This document shows positions 18,201 through 26,585 of a DNA stretch of 64,000 bases, in pieces (position 1 is the first letter of the stretch; each line of letters opens with the position of its first letter). The position numbers and the translations under genes were made by a program. The stretch is from sequence record NC_019521.1; one strand, 5' to 3'. The notes beneath the pieces are model-generated. The model was given only the letters and a program-made list of their open reading frames with translations. It had not been told where the DNA came from and searched no databases.

Positions 18201-20784
18201 CGATTTCAATACTAGTAATGTCACTAACATGTCAGGTATGCTAGCTGGATGTAGGATGTTCAATCAACCTTTAAATTTTGATACTAGTAACGTCACTAAC
18301 ATGTCAGCTATGTTTAGTGATTGTCGTAAGTTCAATCAGTTATTAAATTTCGATACTAAAAAGGTAACGAATATGTCAAGCATGTTTTATCAATGTTTAG
18401 TATTCAATCAACCTGTAGTATTTCAGACTCCTTTGTTAACTAATACAGCAAGCATGTTTTATAATTGCGGTGCATTCAATAATTCTGTAGAATTAGATAC
18501 TAGTAATGTAACAGACATGTCGAATATGTTTAATGAATGTCGCTTATTTGATCAACCGATCGATTTCGATACAGGTAAGGTAAAAAATATGGCACACATG
18601 TTCTATAATTGCCGAGTATTCAATCAATCGGTATTCTTCAATACTAATGAGGTTACAAATATGGCGAATATGTTCTCGAATTGTTATTTATTTAACCAAC
18701 CGATTGTATTTCAGACCCCGTTAGTAACTAATATGAGTGAAATGTTTAATGGATGTGCTGTATTCAATCAATCTATTAACTTCAATACACCGAAATTAGC
18801 AGGATCGTTGCGAAGTATGTTCGGTTCATGTGTTAAATTAACACAACCAGTAATCCTATCCGACACAAGTAGGGTTACAAACATGTCATATATGTTCAGT
18901 GAATGTGAATTATTCAACTACCCAGTCAGTTTAGATACGTCATCAGTAACTGACACCCAAGGAATGTTCAGGGGGTGTACTTCATTAAACCAAGAATTAT
19001 CATTAGATTTATCGAAATGTCAATTGAGTGGTAACATGTTTCAGAGATGTACCTCATTGAATAAGCAACTTAATTTAACTAACACTGGTTTGATTAGAGC
19101 TATGTCAGGTATGTTTAATTTATGTTCTTCTTTGAACATGAGTTTCGAATCTTTCGATTTCAAATCTATAACTACTATGCAAAGTCTTAATAGTTTCATA
19201 TCGAATGATAACAATAATTCGATACCATTATCAGTTGAAAACTATGATAGCTTGCTTAAGAGGTTATCAGAAACATTGGTGTTTAGTGGACTGAATAAGA
19301 CAAATTCTTTTAGGGCTGATGGGCTTAAATATTCATTGACTGGAAAACAATACAGGGACGTACTTACAACCAATGGAGTTACTGTGGTGGACGCAGGATT
19401 GTATGTCGATAGAAGTAATCCATTTAAATTTACCATTGATACTAGGAATGTAAGTTCAGCTAGTGCGATGGATAATGAGTTTAAGTTACCAATGTCTAGT
19501 GTTTTGTCACCATTAGTTGTTGAATGGGGTGATGGTAATGAATCGATGATTTTTAATTTATCGGAAAATAATACACATATTTACCAAACAGCAGGTATTT
19601 ACACGATTAGTATACATGGTGAGGTTAAATCATTTAACTTCCTAAATACTGACGTGCATAACTTGAAGATGCTTAGTGTTGATAACTGGGGTAAATTAAC
19701 ATTCATAAGTAATGGTATGTTTAATAGAACTATATCGTTTTTTAACTGCACTAATCTAAAACTGGATAATGTTATTGGTGTACCGATCATAGAATCAGGG
19801 GCTAATTTTGTAGAGTTATTCCATTTATGTACGTCACTGGTAACTGTTAATGGTCTAGAAAATTGGGATTTCAGTGGGGTTGTTTCGATGGAGAATATGT
19901 TCGCTTTTTGTACAAATTTCAATCAACCTATAGTAATAAATAACGCTGTTAGTTTAAACCGTACCACTAGAATGTTCATTAGATGTAGTAATTTTAACAG
20001 TACGGTATCGATGTATACAGATAATGTAGAACAAATGACCAGTATGTTTGCTGAATGTAAAAAGTTAAATAGTCAGGTAACATTTACAAATACGGGTAAT
20101 GTTAGTGATTTTTCATCATTATTTTCAGAATGTTCGTTATTCAACCAACCAATTGTTTTAGATACTACTTCGGCAGTATTATTGAGAAATATGTTTTTTA
20201 GGTGTGATAAATTCAATCAACCAATTAACTTAGATACAAAAACAGTGGTGTCTGCAAGTAGTATGTTTATGTGGTGTGTTTCATTCAACCAACCAATTAA
20301 TTTTGATATGCGTAATGCCACAGATATCAGCGATATGTTTGCTAATTGTAGTGCTTTGAATAGTCAGGTTACATTAACCAATGCTAATAAGATAACCACA
20401 TATAATTACATGTTCAGTGGTTGTACATCATTCAATAAACCAATTGATTTTGATTCTACTGAAGCATGTGAAGATTTCCACGGAATGTTCAATGAAAGTA
20501 ATGCATTTAACCAAAGTTTCCAAGGATTCAATTTCAGCAGTGTTACCGATGCCACTAAAATAAGGAGTATATTATCTAGAATGGTTACTGTAACTCCACC
20601 ACCTTTATCACCCGCTAATTACGATTCACTTCTCGAAAGATTGGCAAATACACTTGTGTTCTCAAATATATCAGGTGTTTGTGAGTTATGGGCTAGTGGT
20701 TTAAAATATACTGCACAGGGTGCTATATATAGAAATCACTTAATAGCTAACGGATTCACCATTACTGACGGTGGTCAAGTTTAA
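15211..20784 (+). CDS. BspA/DUF285 LRR-like repeat surface protein with PKD-like domains; probable receptor-binding fibre
   Basis: Dozens of W/F(D/N)(V/T)SxVxxMxxMFxxCxxFNQ repeats (25 aa, then 24 aa). Two clear VxWGDG...HxYxxxGxYxIxIxG PKD-like caps. Confidence 0.85.
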   Translation: MISRTIKASIDRKQPTPHIFKIDTRLHTSGVTNNSFVLPTSITSIVPDSFTVDWGDGTPKEKIKATSTTLSYVSHDYSEPGEYIIEIQGVVTRWNHTPTADPNFNDYKRCVVEVLQFGETLTRRSNNNPSNFGITFNGYSNCTFENVTDVPKINDPLYPWSLAYFFQGCTKLTFVNNLELWNTSLVLSMEGMFNGCVLFNQSLISFDVSKVMIMAYMFANCKVFNQNLNSWNVSNVTTMQSMFVGCSVYNQPMNYWDVGKVNNFNSMFSRCVVFNQDLSTWNVSQATNTTSMFAACNKFNSDVSNWNVSKMTSANNMFQECFDFNSDVSNWDVSKVVNFSSMFMRCSSFNRNLSSWSMVSATNTSNMLIGCSVFNSPVPTAYSDKLLNVAGMFKSCLVFNQPVSFNNAININSADAIFELCGEFNSTVNIPSDKVTAYGAAFASCRKFNQPLTGINTTSTTHASRMFANCDVLNQSISHFNLNKLILSSSMFYGCLKFNQSFAGKMTSGTVTNTNNMFANCQEFTGTGVESFNMSNVTNTNGMFLQCYVFDGNVSGWNVGKVIDMQGMFQDCFVFDRSLRTWNVSSVQYITKMLHSCAKFDNWLPSGFTSLLSMNREYPLNKTSYSGDPINIVTQNPLFNDEFIKDMLDNSKLNNKTINMFGNQVTEIGEATITSMNSSGWNVYNYTVQQPMKLRVNAHTDGKFALPILWMRRSDIQVIINIDTQDFDSFLPEKQTFKWIAPNKNIVSPTVNIKNSDPLADEMALGTGVTDEVIHVYGKLSTFGEYSMYSGTMNQKGKLIQYIDDWGEMLRFGNVSMYGMINLKAIPAFKPNTRVWNCKYMFSEIKFNFDVSGLDTSLSKNMSNMFRDCWAFNNPVNFNTSNVTDMSNMFLRSSVFNQSVNFDTSNVTSMLNMFYGSTAFNKPVNFNTSNVTDMYQMFYDCSSFNSSITFSDTSKVTNMSSMFRNCTVFNQLVNFNTVNVTNMSTMFGSCVIFDQSIDFNTSNVTNMSGMLAGCRMFNQPLNFDTSNVTNMSAMFSDCRKFNQLLNFDTKKVTNMSSMFYQCLVFNQPVVFQTPLLTNTASMFYNCGAFNNSVELDTSNVTDMSNMFNECRLFDQPIDFDTGKVKNMAHMFYNCRVFNQSVFFNTNEVTNMANMFSNCYLFNQPIVFQTPLVTNMSEMFNGCAVFNQSINFNTPKLAGSLRSMFGSCVKLTQPVILSDTSRVTNMSYMFSECELFNYPVSLDTSSVTDTQGMFRGCTSLNQELSLDLSKCQLSGNMFQRCTSLNKQLNLTNTGLIRAMSGMFNLCSSLNMSFESFDFKSITTMQSLNSFISNDNNNSIPLSVENYDSLLKRLSETLVFSGLNKTNSFRADGLKYSLTGKQYRDVLTTNGVTVVDAGLYVDRSNPFKFTIDTRNVSSASAMDNEFKLPMSSVLSPLVVEWGDGNESMIFNLSENNTHIYQTAGIYTISIHGEVKSFNFLNTDVHNLKMLSVDNWGKLTFISNGMFNRTISFFNCTNLKLDNVIGVPIIESGANFVELFHLCTSLVTVNGLENWDFSGVVSMENMFAFCTNFNQPIVINNAVSLNRTTRMFIRCSNFNSTVSMYTDNVEQMTSMFAECKKLNSQVTFTNTGNVSDFSSLFSECSLFNQPIVLDTTSAVLLRNMFFRCDKFNQPINLDTKTVVSASSMFMWCVSFNQPINFDMRNATDISDMFANCSALNSQVTLTNANKITTYNYMFSGCTSFNKPIDFDSTEACEDFHGMFNESNAFNQSFQGFNFSSVTDATKIRSILSRMVTVTPPPLSPANYDSLLERLANTLVFSNISGVCELWASGLKYTAQGAIYRNHLIANGFTITDGGQV

Positions 20785-20787
20785 TCA

Positions 20788-20815
20788 GTAACTTTCGAAA
20801 ATAGTTTGGTATTAT
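20788..20815 (+). promoter_or_regulatory. Early/middle promoter GTAACT-N16-TATTAT
   Basis: Same 16-nt spacing as 11 other copies. Confidence 0.55.
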
Positions 20816-20841
20816 ACAAAATATCAAACTATTTTTCTTTT

Positions 20842-21390
20842 ATGAGACAATTTCTTATCAAGTATGTAATGCGATACAGACTATCGCAAGGTTCGTTATC
20901 CAGTGATATTCAGTTATTCGCTGTAACTTTATCACTAGTATTGGGAATTTTATTCAAATTGTCAATTTGGACAGTTTTAGCTATTCCAGTAATACCACTA
21001 CTAGCCACAAGCATATACACGTTAATCACTAAACGTAATGATTTCGCAAGAAAGCTTTCAAGAGTTACTGGAGTTTCAACAACTTCTAGACTACATGACT
21101 TACTGAAACTTTCAATTATATTGATAACTTTAACAGTAAACTATACATCTATAGAATTTGTTCTGATATCAATAATCTTAGTAGTTTCTTTATTCTACAA
21201 CATTCAAGCATATTTTCAAAAATATCCAGTTAAAATATCAGAGATAAAACAATCTGACAGTATAGTACAATTATATTGGATTTACTCTTCGTTACAGGAA
21301 CAAGCACAATTACCGATACATAATCGTCATAATTACGAATCAGTTATGGAGCTATATCGTGACCATATATCAAGGATTAAAGCTAAGTAA
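20842..21390 (+). CDS. Hypothetical membrane protein
   Basis: Several hydrophobic helices. ATG 20842 preferred because TTG 20806 overlaps a promoter motif. Confidence 0.6.
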   Translation: MRQFLIKYVMRYRLSQGSLSSDIQLFAVTLSLVLGILFKLSIWTVLAIPVIPLLATSIYTLITKRNDFARKLSRVTGVSTTSRLHDLLKLSIILITLTVNYTSIEFVLISIILVVSLFYNIQAYFQKYPVKISEIKQSDSIVQLYWIYSSLQEQAQLPIHNRHNYESVMELYRDHISRIKAK

Positions 21391-21414
21391 CATTCGTTAA
21401 ATCTTTAGTACTAT
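21387..21414 (+). promoter_or_regulatory. Early/middle promoter GTAACA-N16-TACTAT
   Basis: Upstream of the polymerase N-part. Confidence 0.65.
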
Positions 21415-21440
21415 ACATTTATATAAATATAGTTTCAAGT

Positions 21441-22904
21441 ATGATAATAGACATTGTTCAAAAATCAACACATGTTGACATATCACATTCTACGAAGGAA
21501 GGTAAGATAGTTGTAACATCTGTACCACTTCCCGAAAATGGATATGAAAATTGGGTAATATGTTCCGAAAATGACCCAGACAAAGACCCAGTATTTAGAA
21601 ATTTCAAAGGTGAACCTGTTAAACGGTTACCAGGTGCTAGATTTTGGGATTTAAATCTTAACGAATTCGTATCTAAAAGATTATCACCAGAACTTGACGA
21701 ATCGATTCATTCGAATTATGTTCCTGAAATGTTCTCTGTAGATATTGAGACTGAGATTAAGGATGAGTTTCCCGGTGCTGAAGAAGCTAAAACAAGAATC
21801 TTAGTATTTACTATTACAGCACCTAACATGGCTACTTTAGTATTGTCATTAAAGGAGAAAGCTCATGAAATCGACGATTCAAAAGTTTCTCAGTATATCG
21901 AGGAAGCTATGGATAAACTTGAATGGGGTAAACAATTAAGACCTTCTAATGGATGGCAATGGGTTAATCAAGTTTTCGATACTGAGGGTGAAATGATTAC
22001 ATATTTCCTTGACTTAATGAGAACGACAATGGGTTACATTGGAGGATGGAATTTCCATGCATATGACTGGAAGTACATTACGAATCGTTGTTCTAAACTT
22101 GGTATCGATTTAGGTCGTTCATCACCAGAACATGAAATAGACCGTGAAGGATATCCAATCCATAGAATAGTTCATGACTATATGCATCAATATCAAAGAA
22201 GTGCATATGATTATGAAAATGAATCTTTCAGTTTGGATGCTGTATCACAATGGGAACTTGGTATTGGTAAGTTAGATTATGGAGGATTAGGACTTAAGGA
22301 ATTATACGAACAGGATTATTCAAAGTATATAGCATACGCAATTGTCGATACAGCTTTAGTACAATTAATACATAAGAAAACAGCAAGGAGTGAATGGGTT
22401 TTCGCATTTGGTGAGTATCTTAGAATTGGTGTAAAACAAGCCAACGGTTCACTTGCTCAGGCTGACGCTTTATGTTTTGAAGATATGTACGTTAACAATG
22501 TCGTATATGGTGTTCAAAAACAATCGGTTGAAAAAGAACCTTATGAGGGTGGTTTCGTTAAGAACCCAGTTCGTAAGTATTGCGATTATCCAGTAGGTTA
22601 TGATGCTAAAGCTCTATATCCAAATACAATGCGTTCTTTGAATTTGTCATTTGAAAATTACATTGGTAAAGCAGCGAATGATACTGAAGCTAAAGCTTAT
22701 TTACAGAAAGGTTATATCGTTACAGAAAGAAACAATGTTTATAAGAACGATAAGGACTATATGTACAAACGTATTCAAGAGAAACTTGCTAATCAACGTG
22801 CACAATTCCAGAATTTACAAAACGATATTTGGACTAACGCTTTATCAGTTTTAGACTCTGAAGCTGAAAGACGTGGTATCAAATTAAAGAAACATGATTC
22901 ATAA
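21441..22904 (+). CDS. gp43: Family B DNA polymerase, N-terminal part (3'-5' exonuclease + motif A)
   Basis: DIETE (ExoI), GWNFHAYDWKYI (ExoII), YAIVD (ExoIII), YEGGFV and YDAKALYPNTM (motif A). Lacks motifs B and C. Confidence 0.9.
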   Translation: MIIDIVQKSTHVDISHSTKEGKIVVTSVPLPENGYENWVICSENDPDKDPVFRNFKGEPVKRLPGARFWDLNLNEFVSKRLSPELDESIHSNYVPEMFSVDIETEIKDEFPGAEEAKTRILVFTITAPNMATLVLSLKEKAHEIDDSKVSQYIEEAMDKLEWGKQLRPSNGWQWVNQVFDTEGEMITYFLDLMRTTMGYIGGWNFHAYDWKYITNRCSKLGIDLGRSSPEHEIDREGYPIHRIVHDYMHQYQRSAYDYENESFSLDAVSQWELGIGKLDYGGLGLKELYEQDYSKYIAYAIVDTALVQLIHKKTARSEWVFAFGEYLRIGVKQANGSLAQADALCFEDMYVNNVVYGVQKQSVEKEPYEGGFVKNPVRKYCDYPVGYDAKALYPNTMRSLNLSFENYIGKAANDTEAKAYLQKGYIVTERNNVYKNDKDYMYKRIQEKLANQRAQFQNLQNDIWTNALSVLDSEAERRGIKLKKHDS

Positions 22905-23407
22905 TGACAGATTTCAAATCGATCAAATTACAAGATAATGGAGCTGTATGTTCCAATCTTAAAGTTACACAAGAAAGTCTTGATATAAGTAACGGTGACA
23001 TTCTAACAATGATTTTCAACTTACAGAAAGAACTTCAATCAGAAGTATTTAATTTCGATATGAAAGAAATTAGAAAAACTGTAGGTTCTATGAAAGAATT
23101 CTATGAATGGAACGCTGAAGGATTACGTGACGAACTTTCAGAGTTTCGTAATGCTATGGGAGGTCTTGAGAAATATCCTAACAAAGAATTCTGGAAAACT
23201 TGGAAAACTAAACATAAGGAATGTCTAGAACGTGAATTCTCAGATTTCTCAGAACAGGAAATATTAGAACTTAAATTCGAATGGATTGACATGTTCAAAT
23301 TCTTGATGAATCTTGGAATCATGATTAACATTTCACCACAGGAAATTGGTAAGATGTTTGTAGCGAAAAATGAGGAAAACATAAAACGTATGAACAATGG
23401 ATATTAA
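22904..23407 (+). CDS. gp56: Dimeric dCTPase/dUTPase (T4 gp56-like)
   Basis: DELSE, WKTWK, ELKFEWIDMFKFLMN and C-terminal KNEENIKRMNNGY match the gp56/dUTPase_2 pattern. Confidence 0.8.
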   Translation: MTDFKSIKLQDNGAVCSNLKVTQESLDISNGDILTMIFNLQKELQSEVFNFDMKEIRKTVGSMKEFYEWNAEGLRDELSEFRNAMGGLEKYPNKEFWKTWKTKHKECLEREFSDFSEQEILELKFEWIDMFKFLMNLGIMINISPQEIGKMFVAKNEENIKRMNNGY

Positions 23408-23846
23408 TTTCTTTAAAGATTTAAAAGACATTTTAAAGTTAGCTTCGAACGAATATGATTTCGAATATCTTTATCAACATAAAGAAGACATTCTTACTTT
23501 ATCGATATCAAATGAAAATATCGATATCGTTCAAAAACAGGATACGTTATTAGATTTATATTGTTTCGTTATTAATAGATTATCGAAATTAGATTTATTC
23601 AATGAATCTTTATCTTCGAATAATACATATCATCTAGGATATAATCCGTCATCTGTATGTCTTTCTATACAGTTTCATGGTTCTAAGAATCAAGTTTTCT
23701 ATCATTCAGATCATGAGAAATATAAAATCATATGTCATGAAAGAACTTCATCAGGTTGGGCAATATGTTCTGGTACTGACGCTTTAGGAAGATCTTTCGA
23801 AAGACAAATAATTTACATTAATCGTTTAAAACCATATTTCAAATAA
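23397..23846 (+). CDS. Hypothetical protein
   Basis: 149-aa ORF coupled to its neighbours. Confidence 0.6.
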   Translation: MDINFFKDLKDILKLASNEYDFEYLYQHKEDILTLSISNENIDIVQKQDTLLDLYCFVINRLSKLDLFNESLSSNNTYHLGYNPSSVCLSIQFHGSKNQVFYHSDHEKYKIICHERTSSGWAICSGTDALGRSFERQIIYINRLKPYFK

Positions 23847-23847
23847 A

Positions 23848-24390
23848 ATGTCAAAATTTACATTAATCGACAAAAACGAATTCAATTCGTTATCAAGTAA
23901 ACTTCAAAAGTTTCAACATCAATATGCATATCGTTTAGCTGAATCACAATTGTCAAGTAGATTGATCTCTGACTTACTTGATACAGTTAAGAACAAAATT
24001 CAAGTAGGTGAAAGAAGCGATAACGAAAATAAGAAAGTTCTTATCGAAGAAATCGAAAAGGTTCTTTCAAAATATTCTAAAGTAGATTTCAAAACTGTTG
24101 AAGAAACTATCGTTGAGAAAACTGAAGAAATAGTATCAGATAAAGAAGAATCAAAGGAAATTGAAGAAACTATCGTTGAGAAAGAGAAAACTGAAGAAAT
24201 CGAAGAACCTGAAACAATAACTCATATCGTTTCTAAAGAAGATATTGATAACAATCCTGGTACTGATTTAGTTGAAGGAGAAACTATTGTTATCGAAGAA
24301 TCTTTAACTGAAGAAGATTTAGAAGAATCAGATAAAAATGATTCAGATTTAGAAGAGCTTGAGAAAGCTTCAAACGAAGAGGAGGAATAA
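23848..24390 (+). CDS. Hypothetical protein with highly acidic C-terminus
   Basis: 180 aa. Internal 23-nt direct repeat at 24098-24120 and 24161-24183 (EETIVEK). Confidence 0.65.
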   Translation: MSKFTLIDKNEFNSLSSKLQKFQHQYAYRLAESQLSSRLISDLLDTVKNKIQVGERSDNENKKVLIEEIEKVLSKYSKVDFKTVEETIVEKTEEIVSDKEESKEIEETIVEKEKTEEIEEPETITHIVSKEDIDNNPGTDLVEGETIVIEESLTEEDLEESDKNDSDLEELEKASNEEEE

Positions 24391-24416
24391 AACTTCCTCT
24401 TCTAGTTTAGTATAAT
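24389..24416 (+). promoter_or_regulatory. Early/middle promoter AAAACT-N16-TATAAT
   Basis: Upstream of the clamp. The upstream element lies in the loop of GAAGAGGA/TCCTCTTC. Confidence 0.65.
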
Positions 24417-24451
24417 TAATTTTTAAATCAAGAAACAAAACAAACATTTAA

Positions 24452-25267
24452 ATGAAGACCATTAAATTAAGTAACATCGATGTAGCATCACTTAAAGGCT
24501 TATTCGGTAGATCGTTATCAGTTAATACTTCTTTGTATTTTGAACTTACTCCTCAAAAAATCGAAGCTTATGCTGCAAATCAACATGATACATTCTGTAA
24601 GGAATGGTCAACTGATCTAAAAGGAATCCTCGAACATAATAACGATTTCGAAAGATTGAAATTCTATTTCGCCCATGGTTCCGTATTCACAAACAAATTG
24701 TTAGGATTTTTCAGTACACCGGAATGGGAAATTCACTTTGATGAAGAAAATGTTGTTAAACGTATCGTAATGACTGATAAAGCTTTACGTATTGATATCA
24801 ACACTACTAACATCAATTTCGCAAATATCATTTCAAAGGATCAACAATTAAAACGTTTTGATTTATCAAACAGTCAAGCTAGTTTTGATTTGAATCCTGG
24901 AATTGTCGATTCAATCGTTTCATTATCGTCAATCACGGAATTTAGTGAACAAAAAATCGATTTCGTTGAATTCGAAGCTGCTAATGGTGTTCTAAAAGCA
25001 TCTAACAATATGTTTAACAAAGAAATCGGTACATACGAAGGTATCGAATTCAAAGCTAAACTTCATAAATCGTTCTTATCTGTTTTAGATAAAGAAGATA
25101 CTAAAGTTCATTACTGTACTAACGATAATGGTACTGTTACTTTCATATTCGATAGTAAACATGCTGAAATCGATTCTAAATCTTGTGCAGTGATTATGAC
25201 AGATTTAGCGATTATGTCAGACCTTGATTTCAACGATGATACTACTGGTTGGGCTGATTTCAACTAA
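24452..25267 (+). CDS. Sliding clamp (gp45/PCNA-like)
   Basis: 271 aa with two alpha/beta halves, acidic, lying between the two polymerase genes. Confidence 0.55.
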   Translation: MKTIKLSNIDVASLKGLFGRSLSVNTSLYFELTPQKIEAYAANQHDTFCKEWSTDLKGILEHNNDFERLKFYFAHGSVFTNKLLGFFSTPEWEIHFDEENVVKRIVMTDKALRIDINTTNINFANIISKDQQLKRFDLSNSQASFDLNPGIVDSIVSLSSITEFSEQKIDFVEFEAANGVLKASNNMFNKEIGTYEGIEFKAKLHKSFLSVLDKEDTKVHYCTNDNGTVTFIFDSKHAEIDSKSCAVIMTDLAIMSDLDFNDDTTGWADFN

Positions 25268-25285
25268 TATCATTTGACCATATAC

Positions 25286-25314
25286 GAATAGGTGGCTAAA
25301 ATTGTCACCTATTC
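25286..25314 (+). terminator. Hairpin between clamp and polymerase C-part
   Basis: GAATAGGTGGC/GTCACCTATTC, short T-tract. Confidence 0.5.
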
Positions 25315-25328
25315 TTAATTAGATTTAA

Positions 25329-26543
25329 ATGCCACACAGATACGAAAGACTTAAAGAAAAATTTCTTGACCCTGAGAAATTGAAAAATGTTTCTAATGAG
25401 GAGTTACAAGAAATCTATAATGAGTTTCAAGCTTTAATGATAACTTATAAGACACGACAAATGTCTGTTAAACTTTCAGCTAACTCATTATATGGAGCTT
25501 CTGGAAATCAACATTATAGATTCGCGAATTATGAAGTAGCTTCTGATATTACCGGAGAGGGTGCTTATCATATGATTGCAATTGACAAAGCATTAAACAA
25601 ATATCTAAGAGCTTGGGATAAGGATTTAGAAATACAGAAAATTCTTAAAGAAAAATTCCCAGAACAAGATTTCAAATTTGTTCCAATCGATTGCGATGTT
25701 TGTAATTACGGTGACACAGATTCAAGATATATCGAATATGGTAAGATATTCAAAGCTTGTAATTTCGTTCCAAAGAGTCATGATGATTTAATCGATTTTG
25801 TTAAATTGATGGATGTTCATCGTGTTTCTCCTTTATTCGAAAAGGTTTTAACAGCTGAAGTTACTAGAAAGAATGGTAATAGTACAATGAAAATGGAACT
25901 TGAAGTTATGGGTGGTCGTGGGATTTTCTTAGCTAAGAAAATGTATGTGATGTCTGTAATTTGGAAAGATGGTCGTAATGTTGCTAAAGCTGGAAAAATT
26001 AAAGCAACAGGTGTCGAACTTAAACGTAAGACTTCTTCATTATTTGCTAAGAAAATGCAAGAACGTGTAATTCGAGCATTGTTAACTCCAACTTTCCCAG
26101 TAAATGATGTTTATAGATTAGCTGCTGGAATAGTTCAACATGCTAAAACATTAAGTTTAGATGAACTTTGTAGAATTACTAAGGTCAGTAAATATCATGA
26201 ATTCGTTATTGATGATAAAGAAAACTTGATTCTAGCTAAAGGTTCAAGACCTCCACAAAAAGGTTCAGCTAGATGGAATCATTTACTTTACAAACATGGA
26301 GTACTTGATAAATATGAACCATTATACGATGGTCGATTAAAATGGTATCTTGCTGAAGATGGTCAACCAATGGCTATTCCATTATCTTTAGATTCAACAA
26401 CTTACCCAGATTGGTTACCTAAGATTAATCATGCTGCTCAAATCGAAGCTATCATTATCAAACCATTACAAAGATATCTTCCGGAAAATGCATCAATTTC
26501 GAATCTTGGTAAATCGGTAATTCAAAACTCATTTGGTAATTAA
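25329..26543 (+). CDS. gp43: Family B DNA polymerase, C-terminal part (motifs B and C, thumb)
   Basis: KLSANSLYG (motif B), YGDTDS (motif C), MELE, AKKMY and KATGVELKR. Confidence 0.9.
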   Translation: MPHRYERLKEKFLDPEKLKNVSNEELQEIYNEFQALMITYKTRQMSVKLSANSLYGASGNQHYRFANYEVASDITGEGAYHMIAIDKALNKYLRAWDKDLEIQKILKEKFPEQDFKFVPIDCDVCNYGDTDSRYIEYGKIFKACNFVPKSHDDLIDFVKLMDVHRVSPLFEKVLTAEVTRKNGNSTMKMELEVMGGRGIFLAKKMYVMSVIWKDGRNVAKAGKIKATGVELKRKTSSLFAKKMQERVIRALLTPTFPVNDVYRLAAGIVQHAKTLSLDELCRITKVSKYHEFVIDDKENLILAKGSRPPQKGSARWNHLLYKHGVLDKYEPLYDGRLKWYLAEDGQPMAIPLSLDSTTYPDWLPKINHAAQIEAIIIKPLQRYLPENASISNLGKSVIQNSFGN

Positions 26544-26549
26544 TACATA
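26542..26549 (+). promoter_or_regulatory. Late promoter box AATACATA
   Basis: At the polymerase stop, upstream of the core-like gene. Confidence 0.6.
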
Positions 26550-26585
26550 CATTATTAAACTGTAAATATACAAATTTCTAAGATA

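Noticed and set aside
15211-20784. Diversity-generating retroelement target (duplicated end motif in the BspA gene)
   Set aside because: The two copies differ at all base types, not just adenines. No near-identical template repeat or reverse transcriptase is in the window.
24098-24183. 23-nt direct repeat in the acidic protein gene
   Set aside because: In-frame duplication within a low-complexity Glu-rich tract, with no evidence of a regulatory role.
24452-24490. MKTI start of the clamp as a capsid tag
   Set aside because: MKTIKLSNIDV lacks the L(Y/F)E element, and the gene is behind an early-type promoter.
22800-25450. Split intein or group I intron joining the polymerase halves
   Set aside because: No N-terminal Cys/Ser block or C-terminal His-Asn, and no homing endonuclease. 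The intervening genes are ordinary replication genes.
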